From NCBI GenBank assembly GCA_028023455.1, contig JAQFVV010000006.1:15810001-15874000 (forward strand): DNA of 64,000 bases, in the 5' to 3' direction. Made by a program: the position numbers and the translations under genes. The DNA comes from Epiperipatus broadwayi (lineage: Eukaryota; Animalia; Onychophora). This document shows, one piece after another, positions 52,247 to 64,000 of this stretch; positions within the stretch are counted from its first letter, which is position 1; the number at the start of each line of letters is the position of its first letter. The notes beneath the pieces were generated by a model that was not told the origin of the DNA, did not search any database, and saw only the letters and a list, made by a program, of their open reading frames with translations.

Positions 52247-53758
52247 TCATAAATATAATGGGAATTAACTATTATATATAATCTTTCAATCTGCAGAAAT
52301 ATTTTTGGTTAATTCCTTAACCCTCCTCAATTGCCATTAAATTCAAAAACCATAATGGAAGCAAACCTCATCAACTCAAATCCCATGAATCCTTAATTTT
52401 AATATTAGCAGCTTGTCTATTAATTATATTCATTTTATTTCTATTTATTAAATTGCCTCTTAATTTTTCTTTTATTATGGTTTTTCTCTTCATGAAGAAT
52501 CTTAACACTTTCAATATCAAACTTAAATTTATATTTACATGTCCTTTCATGATCCAAAAAAACTGAAGCAGTCATTAAATCACTATTATTTTTACTTTTC
52601 ACATGCTTGTATAACAATTCATGCTCCTTTAATCTTTTTCAATACTGCACCTCGATTCACCTAAACATATATCCAAAAAAATTTGATACACAACATTACT
52701 TTTCTGCTTGACAGGTATGACATTTTTAGAATTATTCACTAATTTATTAACATTATTTGTAACACAAAATGAAACATTAAACACATTCTTATATATATAT
52801 CCTTAAAAATTTCACTTGAGCATTTGAAATATATGGAATAGATATCCATTTTTTACTATCAATCTTCAACTCCTTTAAACCATTATAACTCTTTTTAAAT
52901 TGACATAAAGTATTGTTAATCTGTTCCATCTTATAACCAACTTCAAGCAATTCCTTGGCAAATATCTCAATATTTTTTAATTTATCACACTGGTAATGAC
53001 ATAATTTTTCATTATGAAACAAAAAGATCACATTTGCCAAGGAATTGCTTGAAGTTGGTTATAAAATGGAACAGATTAACAATACTTTATGTCAATTTAA
53101 AAAGAGTTATAATGGTTTAAAGGAGTTGAAGATTGATAATAAAAAATGGATATCTATTCCATATATTTCAAATGCTCAAGTGAAATTTTTTAAGGATATA
53201 TATAAGAATGTGTTTAATGTTTCATTTTGTGTTACAAATAATGTTAATAAATTAGTAAATAATTCTAAAAATGTCATACCATGGCAAGCAGAAAAGTAAT
53301 GCAGTGTATCAAATTTTTTGTGGATGTATGTTATCATACATAGGTGAATTGAGGTGTAGTATTAAAAAAAGATTAAAGGAGTATGAATTGTTATACAAGT
53401 CTGTGAAAAGTACAAATAATAATGATTTAATGACTGCTTCAGTTTTCTTGAATCATGAAAGGACATATAAATATGAATTTAAGTTTGATATTGAAAGTGT
53501 TAATATTCTTCATGAAGAAAGAAACCATAATAAAAGAAAAATTAAGGAGGCAATTTTAATAAATAGAAATGAAATGAATATAATTGATAGACAAGCTGCT
53601 AACATTAAAAATTGGGATTCATGGGATTCGAGTTGATGATGTTTGCTTCCATTTTGTTCTTTGAATTTAACGGCAAATGAGGCAGGTTAAAGAATGAAGC
53701 GAAAGTACTTGTGTAGATTGAAAGATTGTATATAACTGTTAATTACCATTATATTTAT
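52247..53758. mobile_element. Penelope-like element 3' half as an inverted duplication (junction ~53035): RT-thumb linker, GIY-YIG endonuclease, 3' UTR
   Basis: 52921-52959 is the exact reverse complement of 53036-53074 apart from one base; KSNAVYQIFCGC..YIGE.RCSIKKRLKE..HEERNHNKRKIKEAILIN. Confidence 0.85.
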
Positions 53759-56700
53759 TATTTTTATTGTTATTACAATAGTGCTTGGAAAATATTTTAT
53801 TTGATATGATGATGATGACCACTATCAGCCACTATTTCTTTTTGCAATACCGTCCTAAATCCTGTACAACTAAGTTATTTTCAGTGAAATGGGCAAGAAA
53901 TAAATATACCAGATAATATTACATATAAAAATGTTAACACACTATTTAAACCAATAACAAACAATAGTTCATTACAAAATATTATAATCATCAGGCAAAT
54001 ATAACTTTATCTCCAATAAAACCAATTCTACAATCTCTTTTTTCTTTCATTTTTTTTTTTGTGTTCACACACACAAGTAGAAAATAATAGTTATTTATAA
54101 AGTGCCCATTGTTTATTTTGACTAATTTTAAAATCTTAATCTAATATAATAACTTTTTTTTAAGATCAATGCTTTGCCACAAAGTAAATCTCTAGCCTTT
54201 AATATATCCTTGAAGTAATCCTATGTATGGGTGATTCCTTAAGCATAACACATTTATTTATATCAGAAGCTTTATAGAATAATCACATGCACAGATCTAA
54301 TATGGAATAATTATAACTAGTACATCTTTTTTACAATGATAATTCTAGGAAATGGCCACTTTAGATGAAAATCTCAATTTAACAAAAATGAATCAATTAT
54401 GAGAGGTGGTTCTTTGAATCTGACTCCTATTTACTATTAATACTCCTTAATTAACTGAGGTGGTCCTTTGGATCTGACCCCCAAATTTATAAAACAAAAC
54501 TAAATAATATTGACATAGTGTAAAAATAAAGCATTTAACAGTGATGGAAGACTAATTCACACATAAATGGGTTTTATCAAACTTCAAAATAAACCTTTAC
54601 TGTAAAATACCAATAATTATATTACACTCTTCTTTTTTTTTCCCCCTCACTTTTTTAACACTTGAATACTTTAAATATTTTACAAGCATGCGCATTTTTT
54701 AAAAAATTAATTATCTTGGATTATTTATCTGACAATTTCACATTCAAAAAAAATTTTTTTGTGTGTAAAAATTGTTAACAAATCATAAAATATGTATAGT
54801 AAATACAAGATGAAGCAAATTTCTTTTTTTTAATGTTCAGTTGCTTTAAAACTCAACTAACTTTTTAAAAAAAATTTAACTCCTAAAATAAACAGTTTTT
54901 TTACTTACAAAGCAAAAGTTCTGTTGCCCAAAATCAATTTCTCTCATAATGGCAAATATTAATTGATTACATTTTTAAGTTGACATAATGTCCTTTAACA
55001 AACTCTTGTCTTTGAAATTTGAAGTTGAAGCACTGATTCTTAATTTTAGTTAGATTTGTTCAAAAAATAGCATGGTTAAATTCCAGAGATCCAGAGTAGA
55101 TTTCAGCAGTCAGCAGTTTTTCTTCTTTTTTACTCAGTCACTATAATAAATATTCATTGTAGCTTGAATAAAGTGAAAATCCAGATTTTTTGTAACTTGT
55201 TATAACATGAATCCAGGTTGAATGTTTTCAATACAATCTGCTCATATAAATTTTACTTCTTGTTTTTGAACATATTGATCTTACTTTATAAAGGCTCTGA
55301 TAATCTTGTTTTAACAACTTTAATATCTTATTTTTGATACCTTTCTGATATTTAAAAAATACTTTTATTATTTAATTCATTGAACTTGCAAAATATTGTA
55401 ATTATTACATTGTCTGATTTTCTTTTGTTTTCAAAATTTCATATCAAATCATATCTTAATCTTTTTTAAAATTAACAATTTTAATTTATTTATTTAAAAT
55501 CGAATTTTTAATTGTGTTGTTTTGCAATGCTCCTGTCTTTTAAAATTTAATCTTGTGTTAAGATTTGTAGGGGTCCCTACTGTCGCATCTAAGTGCATAG
55601 TCTTAAGATTATAGCCATAATGTATATTAAATGCATTCTTTTATAAGAGAAAGTTTTAACATGATTTATATAATTTAGCAGTTTCTCTTAAATTTAAATA
55701 TTTTTTTACAAACCTATTATTACATTATTTGATATTATTTTACAATATGACAGTTAACAATTTTAACATTTAAATATACATATTATTTTAAAACGTTTGT
55801 TCTATTTTATATAATAATAATTAAAAACTTTTGAATAGTATATTTAATTGACATCCCTCACAACAGTGACAACTTGTTCACATTTGTGTGGAAGACTCCG
55901 TGGCTGACGTAAAATAAATAAAATCTTATTCACTTCAATATATATGCACTTATTCCAAAAATTATTTTCATCTAATTTTTTTAAAATTTTACTAGAAATG
56001 TGACACTAATTTCACTATTAGTTGAAGACTTTCCAATAATTTTGATGTCTTAAGTTTATATCAGTGTTTATATAAATATTCTCTGTTTGCAGTAAATGGC
56101 TTTTAATATCCTTTTTCAGTATATTTTTGACTAATCTCTTCATATAGATTCAAAGGTTTATGATATGTATGAAACTATCTACTGGCATATTATTCCAGTT
56201 CATATTTTCCAATTACAAATTCAATGGCTTTTTAATTTTAACCACAAAATTATCCATGGATGAAACTTTGATCATTTCAGGAATGTAAGCAAAGATAGCA
56301 TGGATTTGCTTTTATCTTTTTATTATTTCATGAGTAGACAATTTGTTCTTTATAAAGAAATGGCAGGTTTCAGAATATGATTTTTGTTTACAATTAATTC
56401 TATGATATTCAGTGCTTTATGGAGTAGGACAACTGTGCTAACACCTACAAATTTAACCCCCCCTTTTAGCTTTCTTTACTGCTATTTACATTCATTGTGT
56501 GTTGAAAAATTGAATTAATGTAAATATTGATTTATTAGTTACAAAAAAATCTGAAGGTGTCAGTAGCATTTAAAGAAAACTTTGCAATAAGCTACCAAAA
56601 GCCTAGAAGTTATTGTTTGGTTGATTATTTGAAAATGGATTTTTAAAACCTTTTTTCTATTCTCTTCAAAAGTGAGGGAAAAGCTTGCATAATTTTGTAG

Positions 56701-58227
56701 TGTATTTAAATATTTGCAATTATTTTTACAAAATATTTTCATAATAATTATTAAAAAAGAAATATGTTTACACTTAGATTTTTTTAAATGTTTCATTTTT
56801 AAAAATACAAATTAAAAAATTTGACGTATTATTACAATGAAAATAACAATAATTACAATCATGACATTCTGTTGGACAGCCGTCAAACAACATAGTTCTA
56901 AACGTTTGCAATAATTTAGTAACTATAAATTCAATTTTACATTTTAGAAAGTAATTTTATATATTTATTATGGCTTTATAATTATTCCTTCATGTTGAAA
57001 AATTAGAATTCATTCAACAAAAATTTCATTAATTTCTTTTTACAATAGTGTTATAACAAAAAAAAGAATATAAAGTCATTCTTTCAATTATATATTTCTC
57101 TTTTTAGTTTTTTTTATTTAGAAAGTTCAAATATGTTTTTTTTTTTAATTTTCATAAACTTATATTTCTAAAAAATCAAGACCAATTTGTCGATTCTTAA
57201 AACTAACTCTTTCTTAGTTTAATATTTTTTTCAAACAAATCTCCAAAATTATGTATTTTTATTTTAAACCACTAAGCATTACATGACACTATTTCATATA
57301 CTTACACTAGATGGCACTGCTGTAGGAGTATTTTTATTTTATTTTGCATTTTTTGTGTATATCTTATGGATGAAGTGATTACTCAATTTGTATTAATAAT
57401 TATCGGTTATTATTAATAATAACCAAATAAAATGGTCAAAGTGATTAATTTTATAAAATATATCTCATGAACTGGTAGTTATTAATAATTCCTCACTGTC
57501 GATAAATTTAATAAATTTCAATATGTTAGGTTTGAAGCTTCTCCGTCCATATTCAGGCATTAAGAATGAGTCATATCATTGTTTTGTTCTCACTAATCAT
57601 TCATTTAGTGCTTATTAGTATACTTTTGGAAGAGATTGTTTTTTGTTTATGTTGATTGTTAATGTAACTAGCACATTGTTTTTACATTTTATTAATTTTA
57701 CATTACTCATAAGTGTAATGAAGGATTTAGACATAATAAAGAAATGATTTAATGATCAAATTAATAATTTGAAATTGAAAAAGAGAAAAAAATAATCACT
57801 TACTTAAAAAAACATATTCTTTATTTTTGTTAAAACAAAGTTAAAGAAAACAAAGAGAAGATTTCTAGCAGAATAACAATGGGTATCAAGGTACGATATT
57901 ATAAAAATTGAAGGTAATCATCCTTCCAGTTAAAAATGAAAAAGAACCAATTATATATTAAGAGAATTTTCAATTAATTCATGAAATCCACATTGCAATT
58001 GTTGATGCAAGGTGAAACTGGATAATGAAAGCTTAAAGTAAAGTATAAGAACAATTCAGTAGAACCACTAAACATCACATGATCACCATCTCATACTAGC
58101 ACATAATTGTTGTAAACAAAAGCAAAACTCTCCATACAGTAGTGCCACCCTATGCTAACCAGAGTAATCAATAGATGCCAGAAGGCTTGTGCATAAAATC
58201 CCTATCTAGTGCCTACTCATCCAATAT

Positions 58228-58267
58228 CCCCAGACTAGTTTCTGGCTTGTGGCCATCATCAGTGAGG
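58228..58267 (-). ncRNA. Minimal type I hammerhead ribozyme, intact (family B)
   Basis: CCUCA-CUGAUGA-UGGC-CACAA-GCCA-GAAA-CUAGU-C-UGGGG; GUC cleavage triplet. Confidence 0.8.
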
Positions 58268-58672
58268 AGCCTGAGTAGGCACTAGATAGGGATTTTATGC
58301 ACAAGCCTTCTGGCATCTATTGATTACTCTGGTTAGCACAGGGTGGCACTACTATATGGAGAGTTTTTGTTTACAACAATTATGTGCTAGTATGAGGTGG
58401 TGATCATGTGATGTTTAGTGGTTTAACACCAATCCAGCCTAATAGGATAGTGGTGGCTATGGTTGTTTAAGAGCCAAAGACACCAAAATTTATGGGTGCT
58501 GAATTGAGTTCAGACCCATATGACTATATAAGCTATTGAGCTTAGATTGGAAATATTTTTGTGTTTTCAATTTCATTCTCATAGTTTTGTAGTAAAGTAG
58601 AGTTAAAAGGTGGCTGCTGGAGGGTTGCATTAGATCCTAAGATCTAGGTGCAGTGCTCTCAGATCCAAGGCT

Positions 58673-58712
58673 TCTCACTGATGATGGCCACAAGCCAGAA
58701 ACTAGTCTGGGG
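58673..58712 (+). ncRNA. Minimal type I hammerhead ribozyme, intact (family B)
   Basis: UCUCA-CUGAUGA-UGGC-CACAA-GCCA-GAAA-CUAGU-C-UGGGG; predicted cleavage after 58707. Confidence 0.8.
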
Positions 58713-60223
58713 ATATTGGATGAGTAAGCACTAGATAGGGATTTTATGCACAAGCCTTCTGTCATCTATTGCTTACTCTGGTTAGCACAGGGTGGCACTA
58801 CTGTATGGAGAGTTTTGCTTTTGTTTTAATTCAGTAGAAATTGTTGTGGGAATCCTGTCAAAATAAATTAAATATTCTAAAAACAGGGCTCACTGTGACA
58901 CCAATTAAAAGCAGCCATTTCAATTTAAGATGTCAAGTTGACCTGATGGATATGCAATTGCAAGTAGATGATGTTTATAAATTTATATTAAATTATCAAG
59001 ACTATCTTATGAAATTTGTTTGACTAAAAGCTTTAAAAGCAAAACATGCTGAGAAAAGTGTTCACCAATTATTGGATATATTTACAATATTTGGAGCACA
59101 ATGAATCGTACAAAGTGACATGGCCAAGAATTTGTGAACATAATTATTGAAGAAGTCCACAAAATGTGGGATAAACTTTAAGTGATTCATGGAAAACTGA
59201 GACACACGGCTCAGGTGAAAGAGCAAATCAAATATTGAAAATATATTATCCATCTGCCTTGAAACAAACAACATAACTAAGTGGTCAGAAGGATTAAAAT
59301 TCATTCAATTTATGAAAACTAAAACCAATTACTCTGGAATAAAATGCAGTCTCTTTGAGGCTATGTTTGTAAATCAAGAATAGGTTTGAAAGCATACTTG
59401 CCAGTCAAAACTTGATCAAAAATCACTAGTGAAGCATATCTTGAGATGATATTAAAAGATCAATCCAATAGTGATGCTAAACTCCAGAGTATATCCTCTG
59501 AAGAGGAGAGACTAATGATAATGTGGATGTGGAAGTAAATGATTCAACTGAAACCAATAAACATCACATGACCACCATCTCTTATGCTTGTGTATAACTG
59601 TAGATCTGAACAAAAATAGAAATAGTAGTGTTAGATCAACCACATTTTTTTGACATATTGACAAATAACGTGGAAGATAAGGAAAGAAAAAATCTTGACA
59701 GTATTAAAAAAAGTGAAAAGACCAAAGAAGATTCTTCTTTCACACTCGATGAAATCTGTGAAAAAAATCCAAGAAACTCTAAACTCTGCTAAGCAAAGTC
59801 TGAATAAAGAAGCTAAAAAAATGTTAGGACTTTCAAAGACTAAATTTCCAATTGCAAATGTAGAAGAAAGTATTTGAACAATAATCCCACATATAGATAA
59901 GACTAAGGCCAATAATTAGAATATTATAGTTGTTATAATGTCAATTAAAAATAATAACTTATATATACTCAGTCGAAATATAGCGTCTTAAACAAATTAT
60001 TTGCCAGGAATGAATTTATGGTTAATGAAGTTCCAGATATAGAAATAGTTTTAAGAGGAGTGTTCATAGGAAATTCTAATTTCTGTGGTCAAGGATTTCA
60101 ACACTGCAATTGTATAGACGATTGCAACTCAGATCACTGCGAATGTAAAAAATCAAAAATTCTTTGCAGCTCTTTCCACAAAAATAACTGGTTTTGCAAT
60201 GTTATTTTATATGGAAATAGTTT

Positions 60224-60600
60224 ATGTGGGGTTCAAACTCAGACTTTCACATGACTCATCATTCTCAGTGCCATCTCATATTGCTGACCCACCTGATCAC
60301 ACACATGTTGTGAGTTGAAATAGTTTGAAGCCTGTCCATTAAAGTATGAAATTGGCTATCTTAATATAAAGCTGAGTACTGATTATATATGTGTGAGGAT
60401 AGTAATCTAGACCAACTGATGATTGCTGGTTTAGCATGAAATACGTATATTGGTGATTATTTATCTTTTCAACATATGTGTGATCAGGTGGGTCAGCAAT
60501 ATGAGATGGCACTGAGAGTGGTGTGTCGTGTGAAAGTCTGAGTTTGAACTCCACATATATTACATATATAAATGCAGATTAAAGCCTGTACAATGTATTA
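60224..60600. mobile_element. Family C hammerhead element with inverted 5' piece
   Basis: 13-bp TSD atggaaatagttt at 60211-60223 and 60601-60613; 60224-60308 is the reverse complement of 60472-60556. Confidence 0.85.
60411..60454 (+). ncRNA. Minimal type I hammerhead ribozyme (family C)
   Basis: ACCAA-CUGAUGA-U-UGCU-GGUUU-AGCA-U-GAAA-UACGUAU-A-UUGGU; palindrome AUACGUAU, AUA triplet. Confidence 0.75.
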
Positions 60601-61057
60601 ATGGAAATAGTTTGTAATTTTATAAAAATGTAAAACATTTATCTAATTAAAGTTTTTTTATTTGTACAATTTTGTAATAATTTTGTTTGATTTGTATGTC
60701 ATAATTTTGTGCAATTTTGCCATAAGTTTCTTTTTCTTTTAGTTTGTTAAATAAAAGTTTTGTTAAAAACTTATTTATGTAATAAATATTATATAATTGT
60801 TCTAATAAAAAGAATAAAGTGATCAATAATACAACAATAAATTTAAAAATCACTAAGTATTAGAATAATAAATAAAAAATATTATAAAATATATTTTTAT
60901 TACATTTACCAGACTACACTGGTAATTATTAATAATTACCTGCACAATGTTATTTATATATATTATTTATCACCTTGACCAAAAGATCTGATAATTATTA
61001 ATAATAACTGGTAATTATTGATACTTACCAGATTTAACTATAAGTACTGCAACATAT

Positions 61058-61251
61058 TAAAACAGGCAAAACTCTCACACAGTCTGGACATATTGGATGA
61101 GTAGGCACTAGATGGGGATTTTATGCACAAGCCTTCTGGCATCCATTGATTACTCTGGCTTGCACTGAGTGGCACTACTGTATGAAGAATTTTGCCTGTT
61201 TTAATAACAGTTATAAGCAAGAATAAGAAATGGTGATCATGACGTTTATTA
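61058..61251 (+). mobile_element. Family B 3' copy with short inverted 5' piece
   Basis: aaaacaggcaaaa is inverted with ttttgcctgtttt; the plus part begins agtc|tggacatattgg. Confidence 0.75.
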
Positions 61252-62906
61252 ACTGTAATATATATATATATTAAAGAAAAAAAAAGTATTTTTAACAGTA
61301 TTATAAATATATATCTTCCAAAGAACTGTGCTAATAATTGTTTTTTCAACAAAAACTCCAATGAGAGAGCTATTATAAATAAATGAGATAACTGGTTTAG
61401 CCTTAGGGATTGTCAATTAGTAGTAATTGATCATTTTTTGACAACTTCAAAGGTTAATGTTTATCTCTGCTTACATGAATATAATCGTATTTCTAGTCTT
61501 TATTATAATAACAATCCATGGAAATATTTAATTCCAAAATATATATATAGGAAAACCCACTTAGAAAAATGGTTATTTATTTTTTATTACTTTCTGAAGT
61601 GTGTTATTATAAATATTATATAAATCAAAAGTTTTGCATCATATGTATATACATTACAATTTTTAAAAAATATAAAATATATAACATATATAATTACAAA
61701 AAACTCAAGTCAGGTGTCACATGACCTAATTTAATATATAACATATGTAAAAATGAAACATTTGAATTCTAATATTTTTCAATAATTTAGCTATTATGTG
61801 ACTTTGAAAATCTAATGTTTAAGCTTTTTCAGAATCTACAATATAAATAGAAATTTACTTTTATTGAATTTTTTTTTTTAAAAAAAATAATTATAAATAA
61901 CTATTATATAAATTATTCATTATGATGAATAGAAAAAATGTCAATAAAAATGGATAATAATTATATTTACATGTATTCTCTTTCAATTTGTACAAGGAAA
62001 GCCAGACAGGATTCAGGGAAAATTGAATGTCTTGTTACTTAAAACTATGACCCTAATGTCAATGCAAACATCAAAATGTAATAATGCATAGCAATCAAAA
62101 TGAGCTAAGTGGACATTAGATGAAAATATCCTATGAAAACTATTAAATCATTAAATAAAAGTTTATAATGTTGAACTATTAACTACTATTATCAATGTTA
62201 AAATGTGAAAGGGTTAATAATTTTCATTTTATGACTTGAAGAACACACTTTGCATATAATCTTTTGGGCTTGGTAGATTTGCTTTAATCACTAGCTTTAT
62301 TGACTGGAATACAACATTGTGTAATGATATTTCTGTCTGGGCAAAAGTCCCTATATAATATGACATTGTGTCATTAAATCAACTAAAAATTCAATTGAGC
62401 ACAGTTTTGCATTAAATAATTCCATTTTAATATAGTGATTTTAAATTTTAGTTTTTGTCCCTAGATGGCAGAAGTACATAAAACATAAAAAAGCATTAAT
62501 ATTGGGATGCCACCTCTAGAAATTTAGCAGATAATAATTATGGTACTCTATGAGGGAAAATATAAATATTCTTAGGAATGTCTGTAACTATTTTTTTTAC
62601 TAATTTGATACAGAATATAATTATAAAAGTGAAATAAATGTACAATATTATGAATATTTTCTTTTTTACTGTATCTGGACTTACGAATTATTACTTTTTT
62701 ATATTTTTCTAGTTAAACCATTTTACCTTTTTTGTATTAGTATTTTTGGTATAAAATTAGCTATTTAAAAAATAATATTTTATAATAAATATGCAAAGAA
62801 AGTAATTTTATCACAAACTTTATTGAAACTGCATATATATATATATATATGTAAAATAAATAAATCATATATTTTATTTTTTACACGCTTATATATATAT
62901 ATAATG

Positions 62907-62949
62907 GTAGTTGAGGCAGGTTTAAGAAATTAAGCGAAAGTACTTCTGC
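62907..62949 (+). ncRNA. Hammerhead-like motif of the Penelope 3' repeat (variant core)
   Basis: GUAG-UUGAGGCAG-GUUUAA-GAAA-UUAAGC-GAAA-GUACU-U-CUGC; homologous to 53672-53714 and 52293-52335 (-). Confidence 0.4.
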
Positions 62950-63309
62950 GGATTTAAGGATTGTTTGTAATAGTTTGTAAACCGTTAAATTTATTATTTC
63001 AATTATATTATATATATATATATTAATAATACTACAAATCATTATCTGTATTTCTTCAAAATAATATACATAAACTTATAATTAAATATTAGAAAATACA
63101 GTAATTACATTTTTTTTAAAAAGAACAAAAAATATAAACATCACTTAGTAGCACTTTTGACTATCCTCATAGTCTTTGACAACTAATACTTTGAAAGGTC
63201 AACCTTCCCATAATTCTGTGACCTTAATGTTTTCTGCCTGACTATTGACTAAGTCTTGCTTCTATTTATATATACATAGTTTCCTTGATTTTTCTTTTAA
63301 ATATTTCTT

Positions 63310-63720
63310 TCAGTTTGCAATATTATTATTATAATTGAAATCAAAACCATATATACATAATTTATTATGGTCATAAAAAACAAAAGCTGATAAATTATTA
63401 TCTTTAGAATTTTGTTTTGTATTCTGAACTCTTTTTAAAAACAAAAAGTGCTCTTTTGTTCTTTTCTCCAATGTGCATCTTGACCTACCTATATATCCAC
63501 TACCACATCTACACATCCACTTATAAATGATACAATTTTTATTTGTAAATAAGGTTTTATCTTTAGTGTTATTTATTAATTTATTTAATGTAGGTGATGC
63601 TTAAAATGCAATGTCACATATACCTTTATAAATTTTCCTTATGAAACTTTCCTGTTGATTCAAACCATATGGTATTGATATTCAAAATTTATTATCAGAA
63701 GAATTAACATCATTATTAAT
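63310..63720 (-). pseudogene. Penelope-like linker plus GIY-YIG endonuclease remnant
   Basis: ISIPY..NCIIYKWMCRCGSGYIGRSRCTLEKRTKEH; same subfamily motifs as the 53045-53636 ORFs. Confidence 0.75.
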
Positions 63721-64000
63721 CTTATTTTTATTTTTATATTTATAGTTCAAATTAAAATTTTTAATAGTATAATAAATATGATTATAATTATATCCAACAT
63801 TTAACATTTCTAAATAAAAAGGACTTCAAACCTGCCATTTTATGTGACATTGGTACTCTTGATTTATATGGAATGTAGCCTTTTCTTGCTATTGGTTTAA
63901 TAGTCATATAGTAATCCAGTTTATCTCTGTTTCTAGTTATCTTAAGATCTAGAAATTGAACACACATTAAATTTTCATCTGTTTTAATCCATTTTAAGCC

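Larger units (their letters stand above)
58065..58827. mobile_element. Family B retrozyme-like element: inverted arm 58065-58271 plus ~1.25 units on plus (unit 449 nt)
   Basis: 12-bp TSD aattcagtagaa at 58053-58064 and 58828-58839; tgagta(g/a)gcactagatagg at 58272 and 58721. Confidence 0.9.
57845..60210 (+). mobile_element. Decayed KRBA2/SCAND3-like rve integrase element (Ginger-type or LTR-derived, unresolved), interrupted by family B
   Basis: IHEIHIAI..KYKN/ESCQNK..PIKSSHFNLRCQVDLMDMQ..YKFILNYQDYLMKFV..LLDIFTIFGA..QSD; C-terminal GQGFQHCNC..DCNSDHCECKKSKILCSS. Confidence 0.8.

Overview
AT-rich eukaryotic (probably invertebrate, species not inferable) repeat-dense DNA with a 500-N gap (18002-18501) and no confidently recognisable host gene. 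Almost all ORFs in the track are spurious or decayed transposon fragments. Conventional content: several RTE-clade LINE remnants, a minus-strand Ty3/Gypsy gag-protease remnant, two mariner remnants, a decayed KRBA2/SCAND3-like integrase element, a hAT MITE with an 8-bp TSD, a ~105-bp tRNA-Gly-derived SINE family, and long (TA)n tracts. The main unexplained signal is four short non-coding repeat families (labelled A-D here; C and D share a closely related ribozyme) carrying minimal type I hammerhead ribozyme motifs. Their stem III is a family-specific palindrome (ACGU, ACUAGU/ACCGGU, AUACGUAU, AUGCAU). Six insertions are inverted, partly greater-than-unit-length, and flanked by 9-14 bp target-site duplications. 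Family A couples a tRNA-like head to the ribozyme. Three Penelope-like GIY-YIG remnants lie in the same window, one with a hammerhead-like 3' end. Together this looks like a set of non-autonomous retrozyme-like elements mobilised by Penelope-like elements. All folds and alignments were made by eye; none were computed or tested.
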